Below the pieces are notes generated by a model, which ran no database searches, was not told the DNA's origin, and saw only the letters and a list, made by a program, of their open reading frames with translations. A stretch of DNA of 63,505 nt, the filler included, from Basidiobolus ranarum (taxonomy: Eukaryota): assembly GCA_040143965.1 (NCBI GenBank). It is 51 parts of 51 records of this genome, joined end to end, with 100 filler letters (N's around TTAATTAATTAA, not from the genome) between each part and the next. Parts side by side here need not be neighbours in the genome. Positions count along the whole stretch, not along the records: positions 48,712 to 49,854 come from JASJQH010013126.1; positions 49,955 to 51,096 come from JASJQH010013127.1; positions 51,197 to 52,338 come from JASJQH010013128.1; positions 52,439 to 53,580 come from JASJQH010013129.1; positions 53,681 to 54,821 come from JASJQH010013130.1; positions 54,922 to 56,062 come from JASJQH010013131.1; positions 56,163 to 57,303 come from JASJQH010013132.1; positions 57,404 to 58,544 come from JASJQH010013133.1; 43 more parts are not named here. One strand, written 5' to 3'. Position 1 is the stretch's first letter, and the number at the start of each line of letters is the position of its first letter. This document shows, in pieces, positions 49,040 through 60,583 of this stretch. Made by a program: the position numbers and the translations under genes.

Positions 49040-49854
49040 GCCTTCCAAAGTGGATAGTCAATAGTTACACTTCTCAGTAATCAAGTCCACTGCTCTTGTA
49101 GCTTTTCTTTCTTTTGTGCTAGCAGGCTTTTGCTTGGAGGCTAATTTCAATTTAGATTTTGGATGCTTTTTGAATGGCTTTGGAAGTTTTAGATGGCAAA
49201 CTTAATGTAAAGAAATTGCTTAGAAACAGGTCATTATAAACCAATATGCCATCCATTAACAGAAATATCATGTTAATCCCTTAATGAGTTATCTGTGGCA
49301 CAGTTTTAGAATCAGCTGATGATATTGATGGTGTTTTTTCAAGTTATATCCCTAACAGAAATTTGAAGATTGTTATTGTAGGAAAGTTGTGACAATTGTA
49401 ATCCATTTGGGATTGACCATTTACTTACCATCATAAAATTGTCAAGTTAGATTTGATTTTGAACAATTTTTTCAGTTTCAGGAGTGAAATTTCAAGATCT
49501 TGCAAAATAGTTCCACATGATTGGCTATAACCTCAGAGAACTATGGATCAACACATGTGTGAAAAACATAACTCAAATTTTACACAATTACCACTTCAAT
49601 GCTAATTTGTCATATTCAAAATCCCTAGTCTCTTAGATATATTCTCCTGAGTCTTCTTATAGAGTTCTTCATACCCAAGGTTTAGGTTATACCCAACATG
49701 TGTTTGTATCAATATCTCCATCAAAGCCCACCATTGTATTAATGTTGCTGAATCAACATTCTTCCAGCTATCTGGCAGATACCCTGCAATATTGAGCCAC
49801 TCTGTATTAAGATCTTCCCAGATATCTGAACAGTCAACACCATACTGAATATCA
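49040..49854 (+). mobile_element. CMC ORF1 piece followed by CMC left end (49350)
   Basis: CCCTAACAGAAATTTGAAG terminus and about 500 bp of subterminal sequence. Confidence 0.78.
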
Positions 49855-49954
49855 NNNNNNNNNNNNNNNNNNNNNNNNNNNNNNNNNNNNNNNNNNNNTT
49901 AATTAATTAANNNNNNNNNNNNNNNNNNNNNNNNNNNNNNNNNNNNNNNNNNNN

Positions 49955-51096
49955 AAGCTCTAGTAGTGCATAGACTGTGTTCAAAGTGTTTCCCATACCA
50001 GCTGATTCTTACAGCAATACCTTTGTTGTTTGTCACCAGTCTTTAGCACTACATACACTTTGCTTATAATGTGTCACATACCACTTGTTTCTGGGCACCA
50101 TACCTAGCATTGTTTGTCAGTATTTTTCAGCACTGCATAGCCTCTACTTTTAGTGCCTCTCATATGGTGTGTTTCTTTGCACCATTCCCAGCATCGTATG
50201 TAGGCAGTCTTTAGCACTCCAAAGCCTCTCCTCTTGGTGCTTCCCATAGGGTGTGTTTCTTGGCACCATGCATTTTGTTATTTGACAGTATGCTTTAGCT
50301 CTACGTAGACTTTCCTTTTAATGCCTCCCATATGGCATGTTTCTTAGCACCATTAATTTTGTTGTTTGACAGTGTTTTTTAGCTTGTCATATACTCTCCT
50401 TTCAGTGCTTCCCATATGGTGTGTTTCTGGGGACCAAACATTTTGTCATTTCACAGTATTCTGTAGCTCTACGTAGACTCTCCTTTCAGTGCTTCCCATA
50501 TGGCGTGTTTCTTGGCACCATACCTTTTGTTATTGCACAGTAATCTTTAGCACTGGTCAGCCTCTCCTTTTAGTGCTTCCATTGCCACCTGTTTCTGGGC
50601 ACCATACTATTCGTCGTTCGTCCGTATCTTTTAGCGCTACGTAGCCTCTCCTTTTGGTGCTTCCCATACGGCGTGTTCCTGGCACCATACCTTAGTGTGT
50701 CCCATAACGTTTGTTACCTGGCACCATTCCCATAGTCATATATAGGCAGTCTTTAGCACTACAAAGACTCTACTTTTAGCGCTTCCCATATGGCGTGTTT
50801 CTTGGCACCATATATTTCTTTATTTGACTGTATTCTTTAGCTCTGCATATACTCTCCTTTCAGTGCTTCCCATACAGCGTGTTTCTTTGCACCATACCTT
50901 TTGCTATTGGACAGTACTCTTCAGCACTGATCAGCCTCTCATTTTAGTGCTTCCATTACCGCATGTTTCTGGGCACCATACCTTACGTCGTTTGTTGGTA
51001 TTTTTTAGCACTGCCTAGCCTCTCCTTTTAGTGCTTCCCATACGGCGTGTTACTTGGCACCATTCCCATCGTCATATGTAGGCAGTCTTTAGCACT
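49955..51096 (+). repeat. 84-bp satellite, about 13 diverged monomers filling the whole contig
   Basis: GCACCAT anchor at about 50095, 50180, 50262, 50347, 50515, 50599, 50682, 50721, 50805, 50889, 50973 and 51057. Confidence 0.92.
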
Positions 51097-51196
51097 NNNN
51101 NNNNNNNNNNNNNNNNNNNNNNNNNNNNNNNNNNNNNNNNTTAATTAATTAANNNNNNNNNNNNNNNNNNNNNNNNNNNNNNNNNNNNNNNNNNNN

Positions 51197-52338
51197 TTAC
51201 ATCTTGACAAAACTATAAATGTCAACTTTCCACTCAATAAATCAATAAGTGAAAACCACCAATTCCTCTAATTCTCCAAACCACTTCCAACAGGCTCCCA
51301 AATACTTGAACAATAACATCAGCACATCAGGCATTGCCATGGACCCTAAGAAGGTTGAATCTGATTTGTCTTGGGATATTCCCAAGAATGTTAAGGATGT
51401 CCAATCTTTCCTTGGATTTGCAAACTTTAGCAATGGTTTGTCAAGAACTATTCCAAAATATCTGCTCCATTAACAAACCTCACAAAGAAAGAACTCCCAT
51501 TAGACTGCAACCCATCTTGCCAACAAGCATTTGTAACTTTAAAGAGTGCTTTTACCTCAGCACCAATCTTGGCACATCCAAAGCTAGACATGCCATTTAT
51601 TGTTGAAGCTGATGCATCCAACTTTGCTCTAGGAGCAGTACTATCACAGTTTGATGATGACAACTTACTGCACCCTGTTGCCCTCTACTTAAGTAAGTTC
51701 TCTGCCATAGAAATCAACTATGACATCTGTGACAAGGAACTTTTAGCAATTATTGCTGCATTTGAGCAATGGCAACAATACTTGGATGGAGCAAATCACA
51801 AAATCACAGTTAATTGTGATCACAAGAATCTTCAGTATTTTAGTACAACCAAAGTTTTCAACCATTGTCAAGCAAGATGGTCATTATTTCTTGCCAGTTT
51901 TGATTTTTTGATTACATATCAACCTGGTAGCCTGCAAGGAAAGCCTGATGCCTTATCACGTTGAGCAGAATATCAGCCTAAAGGGGGGGATGAGGCCTTT
52001 GGCCAACAAAATACTTCCTTACTGAAGTCCCACCAACTTCAAATCAGTGCAACTGCCCTTTCTCTTCTTAGCTCAAGTACATTCCACAAAGACATCTGCA
52101 AACTCCAATATGAAGACCCATTGGTAATATCAATCTAGTAAGCCCAGGAAACACCCAAAGACCTCTCAAGCTTGAACAGCCAATTCTCCATCATCAATGA
52201 TCTCTTGTTTTATAAGAAGCACCTTTTCATTCCAGACCACACTTCCAGACTCAAAATCATGCAGGAAAGACATGACTCACCACTAGCAGGACACTTTGGT
52301 GTTGCCAAATCATATATGTTGGCATCCAGTGATTATTG
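51197..52338 (+). mobile_element. LTR A 3' end followed by Gypsy RT-connection/RNase H/integrase start
   Basis: VQSFLGFANF, ADASNFALGAVLSQ, DKELLAI, DHKNL, KPDALSR, HDSPLAGHFG. Confidence 0.92.
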
Positions 52339-52438
52339 NNNNNNNNNNNNNNNNNNNNNNNNNNNNNNNNNNNNNNNNNNNNTTAATTAATTAANNNNNN
52401 NNNNNNNNNNNNNNNNNNNNNNNNNNNNNNNNNNNNNN

Positions 52439-52926
52439 AACATCCATGATTTGTAATTTTCTCCATCAAGCTTTTCAACACTTGAGTTAATAAAAGTGGT
52501 AGTAGTGGTTTCTGTCATGCTGTAAAGGTTAGCACATGGCACTCATAACCTATTGGGAAATTATGGGCTGTTTGGGGGAACTTTAGAAAATGGTGTTGCA
52601 AATAGCTTTGTGAGATGATTATTTATTGTCCAGAAATAAAGCATGTATACATTTTGGTGGAAATATAGAAAAATAACACTGGGGTTATGTTCAGAACATC
52701 TGTGGGTGTAAATGAGCTATTTTTGTGGCAATTTAGATGAGCTTGAAATTTCCAATATGGAATTGTTATTTCTCCCGTTATTCACATATATATATGATAT
52801 ATGTTTCAATTTTCAGTTAAGTGAGATTTGACCAGATAATGTTGACTAACTTATATGTGATATATGAAATAGTTAGGTGTAGAAAGATCAAGGTAACAAA
52901 TATGATAAAGAAAATAAACTTTAACA
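52439..52926 (-). mobile_element. Copia family C 5' LTR (52926-52551), PBS (52550-52539) and gag start, inserted in LTR B
   Basis: GGTTATGAGTGC PBS; MTETTTTTFINSSVEKLDGENYKSW. Confidence 0.85.
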
Positions 52927-52981
52927 CTTAGATCATAACAAACATGCCTGTCAAGCATGGGTGAAAATTTGAGGTGATTTG

Positions 52982-53263
52982 TGTTGAAAGTCTGGTGACT
53001 TGTGGTACAAGCAGTAATTCCAAAAGAGGAAAATGTGGAGTATGGTCACTGCATCTGAATACAAAGTCTATGGCCAATCAGTTGCTTGTATAGCTGATAT
53101 GCTAAAGTACTATTTATTGACAGACTAGATTAAGGTTCCCTATCAATATAGACATAGCATACAAGGACTGGTAACTCAGTGGTTAGTGCACCTTGCTAGA
53201 GTGAAGGAGGTCCCAGGTTCAAATCCTGGCCAGACAAGTATTTCTACCTACATAATTTCAATA
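52982..53263 (-). mobile_element. 282-bp solo-LTR-like element with 5-bp TSD ATTTG, inserted in LTR B
   Basis: ATTTG at 52977-52981 and 53264-53268; inverted ends TGTTGAAA...TTTCAATA; removing it restores the LTR B sequence; AATAAA on the minus strand near 53116. Confidence 0.88.
53165..53236 (+). tRNA. tRNA-like sequence (pseudo-tRNA; isotype uncertain, loop CTAGAGT) inside the solo LTR
   Basis: A-box TAACTCAGTGG, B-box GGTTCAAATCC, perfect T-stem CCAGG/CCTGG, anticodon stem CCTT/AAGG, partial acceptor stem, AGGTC variable loop, 72 nt. Confidence 0.8.
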
Positions 53264-53580
53264 ATTTGGAGAAGATTTGAGAAAATAGTGAAAATTGGTA
53301 AAAGTGATCTAATTGATATTTTTATACATTAGAGCAATAAACACATGTTTTTGAATGACAGAATTGAGTACTAAATAATCATATTATGAATACACTAACT
53401 ACTGAATAATGAGTTGCCATTTACCTAATTTCAATATTCCCACTCAACTAATTGTTTTGTATTTCTCTTAAACCTGGCTTATATCTTAATAATTCAAATT
53501 GTGCTTTAGCTAAAGATTTGGTTAAGATGTCAGCTATCATTTCTTCAGTTGGGCAATAAAAAAGTTCAACTATTTCATTC
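53264..53580 (-). mobile_element. Copia B RNase H end, PPT and 3' LTR start (53436)
   Basis: CPTEEMIADILTK; GAGTGGGAA PPT. Confidence 0.88.
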
Positions 53581-53680
53581 NNNNNNNNNNNNNNNNNNNN
53601 NNNNNNNNNNNNNNNNNNNNNNNNTTAATTAATTAANNNNNNNNNNNNNNNNNNNNNNNNNNNNNNNNNNNNNNNNNNNN

Positions 53681-54821
53681 AAATCACTAATTAACAGAAT
53701 AACTATTTTGGTGGATGAAATGGAATGCATTGGAGTACCATCCACTGATCAAGATATCATAGTTACACTCCTGAATAGCCTGCCACACAAGTTTCAGAGC
53801 CTATGAATGGCCCTTGAATCAAGAACTAAAATTTGATCTTAATTTTTATATTTGGCAGACTTCTGGATAAATATTTATGTAAGTCAAGATCCAACCAAAA
53901 GATTGAAGAAAATGCTTTAATAGGGTATGGGAAACCTTCTTAAAAGGTCAAAAGCACTTGAAGGAGAAAAGTAATACAATTGCTGATCACTGTAAAAGAA
54001 CTGGCCATATGAGCAAAGATTGCTTCAAGACAATTATGAAAGAAGAAAAACACACTGAATCTGGAAAAGTGGTTACAACAGAAGATTATTTGTCCCTATT
54101 TACTCTATCTATGACTACCAACAGGGATTCTCAGACATAGTATATTGAATCTGGAGTCTCTCAACATTTCACAAATGAAAAATATTGATTTGTGAAGCAT
54201 GAAGTAATCCGAATTAGAAATGTTTTCATGGGCAATGGTCACACATTGAAATTTATTGGAATAGGATCAATTTAAGTAAATTTAACTGCTGCTTTTGGAT
54301 AGAGAGTGTATACTTTTAAGGATCTAATTCATGTTCCGGATATTACCAAGAAGTTAATACCTGTTTATAAGGCCACTTCAAATGGGCTAAAATTCTATTC
54401 AGGTAAGGCAGGAAGCACCATTATTATCAAAATGGGAATTATTTATCTTAGGGCAAAAGAATCAGAACTTATACAAACTTGCATATAATTCAAGAGGTTT
54501 ATGTGGGAATATAACCCTAACAGAAATTTGAGGATTATTATTTTAGGAAAACCAACACAATTTTAAACCCTTTAGGATTGACTGATTACTTACCATTATA
54601 AAATTGTCAAGTTAGATTTGATTTTAATCAATTTTTTCAGTTTGAGGAGTGAAATTTCAAGATCTTGCAAAATAGTTGCACATGATTGGCTACAATCTCA
54701 AAGAGCTATGGATCAACACATGTGCAAAAACATAAATCCAATTTTATGCAATTACCACTTAAATGCTAATTTGTTAACTAAAAATCACCAGTCTCTTTGA
54801 TATATTCTCCTGAATATATTT
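53681..54821 (+). mobile_element. Copia gag zinc knuckle/protease, degenerate; CMC left end from 54515
   Basis: HCKRTGHMSKDC; YIESGVSQHF; CCCTAACAGAAATTTGAGG. Confidence 0.85.
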
Positions 54822-54921
54822 NNNNNNNNNNNNNNNNNNNNNNNNNNNNNNNNNNNNNNNNNNNNTTAATTAATTAANNNNNNNNNNNNNNNNNNNNNNN
54901 NNNNNNNNNNNNNNNNNNNNN

Positions 54922-56062
54922 TTGTTCTTTTTTAACCTGGAGTAAAACTTTGGTTTCAGATAGTTTTGCATTGTTTTCTTCTCCTACAACAGTGTCCCAA
55001 AGTCCTTTTTCTTGCAGCAGCATTTTCATTTTCATTTTCCAAACTTGATGATTGATTCCATCCAATTTTTCAGAAGAAGGAAAAGTTCCATCCATTTGAG
55101 ATGTAGACATTACACAGAGTGCAAGCTTGGGGCCCATAACCTGATAAAGTGTTTGGGAGCCTGTTGGAAGTGGTTTGGAGAATGAGAGGAATTGGTGGTT
55201 TGTCACTTATTGATTTATTGAGTAGAGAGTTGGCATTTATAGTTTTGTCAACATGTAGACAAACTAATGTGTAGAATATGCTAAGGAAGGTCCCAGGAAC
55301 ATGTGTGCAAAGTTTGGGGCTTCTAACAAAAGTTTGAAAAAATCTATATATCTAAGAACTTCTAAGTAGGTAAAATATTCTAAGTAAATTCCAATCAAGA
55401 ATAATTGATAATATCTTAGTGTATAAGATAACTAATTACTAAATTATATGTGACTATATAGGTGTTTAGGCAATGCTAATTTCAACAGAGTTTGTGTTGG
55501 GCCACATAAGTCTATATGAATAATATCCAGTAGATCTTTGGCTTTGCTAGCTCCTTCTTTTGGAAATGGTTTTCTGGTGATTTTTCCTTGAATGCAGCTT
55601 TCACATTTGGTAATATCTGAGAGCTTAAGATCCATTCTAGTACATATACTATTTTTATATAATAGTTTCACACTGCTATAGTTTATATGACCCAAGCACT
55701 GATGCCAAGTCATCAAGTTTCCAGAAGGAACTGGTGCCAAGTTAGAAACAGTCTCTGTTATTGGTGCAATATCCAGGTGATATAGATTCCCAATACTTGT
55801 TTCAGTTGCTGCGATCAAGTCCTTTAATTTGTATATGGATGTTTTTCCATTGCTGAATTTGACTTCATAATGTTTCTTTTCAATTGCTCTAATTGAAAAC
55901 AGATTTGTTGTAAATGATGGAATATATAAAACATCTTCCAAGGTTACTGTTACACTTTTGGTTTTACTTGTTTGTAAGTCAAGTGTGACCTTTCCCATTC
56001 CATATGAAACCAGTGTGTTTCTTCCAGCTACTCTGATGTCCAGAGGTTTTATTTCCTTATAG
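54922..56062 (-). mobile_element. Copia A 5' LTR (55487-55142), PBS and gag, inserted in another Copia protease/pre-integrase region (55488-56062)
   Basis: GGTTATGGGCCC PBS; VLYIPSFTTNLFSI, WHQCLGHIN, CESCIQGK, IHIDLCGP. Confidence 0.9.
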
Positions 56063-56162
56063 NNNNNNNNNNNNNNNNNNNNNNNNNNNNNNNNNNNNNN
56101 NNNNNNTTAATTAATTAANNNNNNNNNNNNNNNNNNNNNNNNNNNNNNNNNNNNNNNNNNNN

Positions 56163-57303
56163 TACAGTGATGCAGACTGGGGAAGAAACCTTGATGATAG
56201 AAGATCAACAACTGGATACACTTTTCTCTATGGTAATGGAGCCATAACTTGGAATAGTAAGAAGCAACTAACCATACCACTTTCCACTACAGAAGCAGAG
56301 TATATGGCTGCCTCTGCTACTACACAAGAAGCTATGTTGTTAAGGAAGTTATTTACAGACTTAGGATACGTGCAGAAACGTGCTCTTACTTTATTTGAAG
56401 ATAATCAAAGTTGTATTTCATTAGCTAAAAACCCTACATTTCATGCTAGAACAAAACATATAGATATTAGGCATCATTTTGTTAGAGAAGCAATAGAGAA
56501 TGATATAATTGAACTTGTCTATTGCCCTACTGAAGAAATGATAGCTGATATCTTAACCAAACCTTTAGCTAAAGCACAATTTGAATTATTAAGATATAAG
56601 TTAGGTTTAAGAGAAACACAAAATAATTAGTTGAGTGGGAATGTTGAAATTAGGTAAATAGCAACTCATTATTTAGTAGTTAGTTTATTCATATTCTGAT
56701 TATTTAGTACTCAATTCTGTCATTCAAAAACGTGTGTTTATTGCTCTAATTGATAGAAATATCAATTAGATCACTTTTACCAATTTTCACTATTTTCTCA
56801 AAACTTCTCCAAATCACCTCAAATTTTCACCCATGCTTAACAGGCATGTTTGTTATGATCTAAGCACGTCCAATAGTCCTATTTCATAGTAAACTATAAA
56901 TAGGACATATTCAATTCAATAAAACTTAAGTGTCTAATTCACAAATCCAAATCTTGTCCAAAACACTTCCAAATCCCCTAAACACTTTTATCAGGTTATG
57001 AGCCCCAAGCTAGCTGTTAAAGGAATGTCTACCAGTACTATTACCAACGTTTTTGCATCCACAGAGAAGTTTGATGGTGAAGACTTTCACCTTTGGAAGT
57101 TCAAGATGCAAATGGTGCTAGAAGACAAGGACCTTTGGGGATTTGTTACAGGAGAAGAAATAGAGCCAAAGGGACCACCAGAAGCTATCCTTGCCTTTCA
57201 CAAGAAGCAGAGGAAAGCACTCTCTACACTTTGTCTACATCTCAGAGATTCTCAATTGAGGCACATACAATCAGCCAAAAACGTCCAAAATGCTTGGGAA
57301 ACA
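56163..57303 (+). mobile_element. Copia B: RNase H end - PPT - LTR (56642-56993) - PBS (56994-57005) - gag start
   Basis: ARTKHIDIRHHF, ADILTKPL; GAGTGGGAA; GGTTATGAGCCC; EKFDGEDFHLWKFKMQMVL. Confidence 0.93.
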
Positions 57304-58644
57304 NNNNNNNNNNNNNNNNNNNNNNNNNNNNNNNNNNNNNNNNNNNNTTAATTAATTAANNNNNNNNNNNNNNNNNNNNNNNNNNNNNNNNNNNNNNNNN
57401 NNNAGTCCAAGGAAGATGCATATTTAGTTTGTAATTTTTCACAATGCTTGAGTACTGTTTGAGATAGCCTTTATATATTCCCCCGAACATTATCACCGTA
57501 CCTGTTGAAGAAGATTCCACTCTACCTATTCGTGTCCTAATGGACCCCAAGACCGTTCAAGTCAAAAGAATCTTCTATCAGACGAAAAAACCAAGGATCA
57601 TATTCCCTTACTTCTTCGTATCTCCATATAAGGAGTCTTAGGCTTTTCTACCAGATTATGAATGTAGTAATCAGAGGAGAAAAATAGATTTTTTTACGAG
57701 CATCAGCAGGGATATTGATCGATCGAAGATTCCAATTCTCACAATATTGGAGGCAACAAAAGAGGTCTTAGCTGTTGATGGTTCTCACAATATTGGAGGT
57801 AACAAAAGTGGCCTTATCTGTTGAGAATTCCCAAGCATTGGGCTACACTTCAGACAGCTATATCTATGTTCATCCCTCTATGTTCATCCCTGAATCAACG
57901 AAATTAGAACTGAAGATATTTGTTTGTTATTCATATTGAGCTAATCTTCCCGCTAATTCGGAACACAAGTTTTTCTCTGATTGGTTGCAAGTAAAAAGCG
58001 TATGGACATTAACCATCAATAAGCAACTACTATGACATCACTTGAATACTAAATTCACTGGATCTCACATTATGGCTCCCCATGTCATAATAACCTGTAT
58101 GCTTAACCACACTTTCTACCTCTATCGTGGTTGATTAGCCAAAGAGCCAGAAATGCTAATAACCAAGTAGGCCAGGTATATCGCTCTATTTAGTGTCTTT
58201 CACCAAGTCACAGGATCACGTAGACTATATATGTTTTCTTTAGCCATGCAAAGTACTCTAAGAGTTGGGAGGTATGAAATCAACTGAGCAGGGGCTTCAG
58301 TATTCGGTCTTGGTTGGGGATAGGGCTAGGGTTGTGGTTAGGACCAAGAATAGACTCCACATCCATTTGTGGATAGTTATGTTTGAGAGATCGGAACTGC
58401 GGATCCGATGGACCCTATTGCACACAGAAAGCCCGAAAGAATTGTTGAGCTGAGCTTATCCCCAAAGACCGAGTGTTTTCTCTGAATCAGTACTGATTGG
58501 CTAAAAGATGAAATATGAGTATATAACCACACGCTATTCTACACNNNNNNNNNNNNNNNNNNNNNNNNNNNNNNNNNNNNNNNNNNNNTTAATTAATTAA
58601 NNNNNNNNNNNNNNNNNNNNNNNNNNNNNNNNNNNNNNNNNNNN

Positions 58645-58787
58645 TACTCAATAAATCAATAAGTGAAAACCACCAATTCCTCTAATTCTCCAAACCACTT
58701 CCAACAGGCTCCCAAATACTTTAACAAAAGCCACCAATTCCTCTAATTCTCCAAACCACTTCCAACAGGCTACCAAATACTTTAACA
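58645..58787 (+). mobile_element. LTR A 3' end with 61-bp tandem duplication
   Basis: CCACCAATTCCTC...ATACTTTAACA twice, ending at 58726 and 58787. Confidence 0.85.
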
Positions 58788-60021
58788 ATTCCATTATATC
58801 AAATGGCTTTGTGAGCAGTTTTTGAGAATTTGAGTGATTGTTCATATACAGACCAATGAACTAGTCAAATTCTGGCAATATTCAGCTCATGGTTTGCTTC
58901 ATTTATTGTAGTGTTTGGAGATTGATTGACTATGATTTACTTTCTGGAGTTTTCTAGAGCATAGATATATAGAGAAGGAATATATCCAGCTAAATCATCT
59001 GTTTGGCCCTGTGCAAATCTTATCCAGACTGATCTAGCCAAGATGTTCATAGACACAGTTTAGTAGAATTGAGAAGAATAAGAGCCCCATGATGGCAAAA
59101 ATGGTATATTTAGCTTGGTGCATGGACCATTATGGGTGGTGGGCAATATATAGAAAGCCAGCATAAACCTTTAGATAATGAGTATCAGTTTATCAACATT
59201 TTGGTCATTGAATTAGTTGCAAGCACAGCCAGTCATTTTGACTTTGGACCAGTTAGATCATGCATATATAGGATTTCCATACTCAAAATATGATTCTGCA
59301 ATTTGGTACATGGTCTTGTATACTCTAAATTTGGCAAAGATACTGGAATTGGACATTTTTGCAGTTAGAAAATGGATTTTCTTGCTCAAAACTTGACTGT
59401 AGTTTATCCAAGTTAATCAATTAGATGAAGTGAGTATAAATGAGGAAGGCTTCTCATTTGCAACATGTATGTGTTTCAAATAGTCAGGTATGTAAAGTAA
59501 CTTTAGTATAGTTCAGTATTGAGATGAAAAGTGTTAAATATTTGCCAATATGTCTGCTCAAACACAATTACATGTTTGCTCCAATGAAGATGGGACCCTA
59601 ACAAAAATAAAATCGATTTGATCCGGATCGGATCCACCCTCCAAAATAGCAAAACTGTCAGAGAACCGTCACATTATTGTTGGCTTGCATTCTGCCAGGG
59701 ATTTTGATGATGTGACGGCGGTTTCTTGACGGTATCTTGGCGGTATTCATATATGTTAAATTATTGATCCTCAAATTTGGCATGCNNNNNNNNNNNNNNN
59801 NNNNNNNNNNNNNNNNNNNNNNNNNNNNNTTAATTAATTAANNNNNNNNNNNNNNNNNNNNNNNNNNNNNNNNNNNNNNNNNNNNCAATAAAGATTCTTG
59901 CCAAAGTATCTTCCTTGTCCAGTCTTGTCTTGTCTTGTCTTGTGGTCTACACCCAAGTACTCTCCTGCCTTCTAGCCTCTTGTCATTGTTCCCAGTTGTT
60001 GTCCAGTTCCTTATTGTGACA

Positions 60022-60583
60022 ATGACCAATTTTGGGGAACTTATGTATTTTCTAGGCCTGCAGATCTATACAGATATATTGAGCAAATCTATTACTCTGA
60101 ATCAATATAAATACATCCCAGACATTCTTGGATATTACAGGATGGAGAATGTTATGCCATTAGCACTCCCATGGATCCAGGTGTAAAACTAGTCAAAAAC
60201 CCCATCAAAAATGATGAAAATTGACCAAATATGGCCAAAATATGTCATTTGAAAGCCTTGAGTTCCCTTATCAATCTATGCCAGGATGTTTGATCTTTGC
60301 TATGACTGGAACCCAGCCAGATATCTCTTTTGCAATGGGAGCAGTCAGCCAACATGTGCAAAATTCCGGATCTTAGCATTATGCAGCAGTTAAGCAGATT
60401 TGCAGATATTTGAAGAGGACAATTGAGATGGGATTAAGATACACAAATTCTTATGATAGAAAGGATCTAATTGGGTTCAGTGATGCATATTGTGGACGTG
60501 ATATTGAATATAGAAGATCCATCACTGGATATACTGTTCTTTACAGTAAAGCAGCTATATCTTAGAATAGCAAGAAACAACCC
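60022..60583 (+). mobile_element. Copia RT end/RNase H start, degenerate, flanked by LTR D end and CMC right end
   Basis: GELMYFLGLQI, FPYQS, FSDAYCG, SKKQP. Confidence 0.88.

Noticed and set aside
49955-51096. 84-bp repeat as a CRISPR array or 28-aa zinc-finger repeat
   Set aside because: No unique spacers, whole monomers are homologous, no cas genes, recurrent stops and no C2H2 pattern
53165-53236. Functional tRNA-Ser(AGA) gene
   Set aside because: Mismatched acceptor, D and anticodon stems, short variable loop unlike tRNA-Ser, and location inside a TSD-flanked insert; treated as tRNA-derived
57736-57824. ~46-bp direct duplication
   Set aside because: Only two copies and no associated structure; ordinary local duplication
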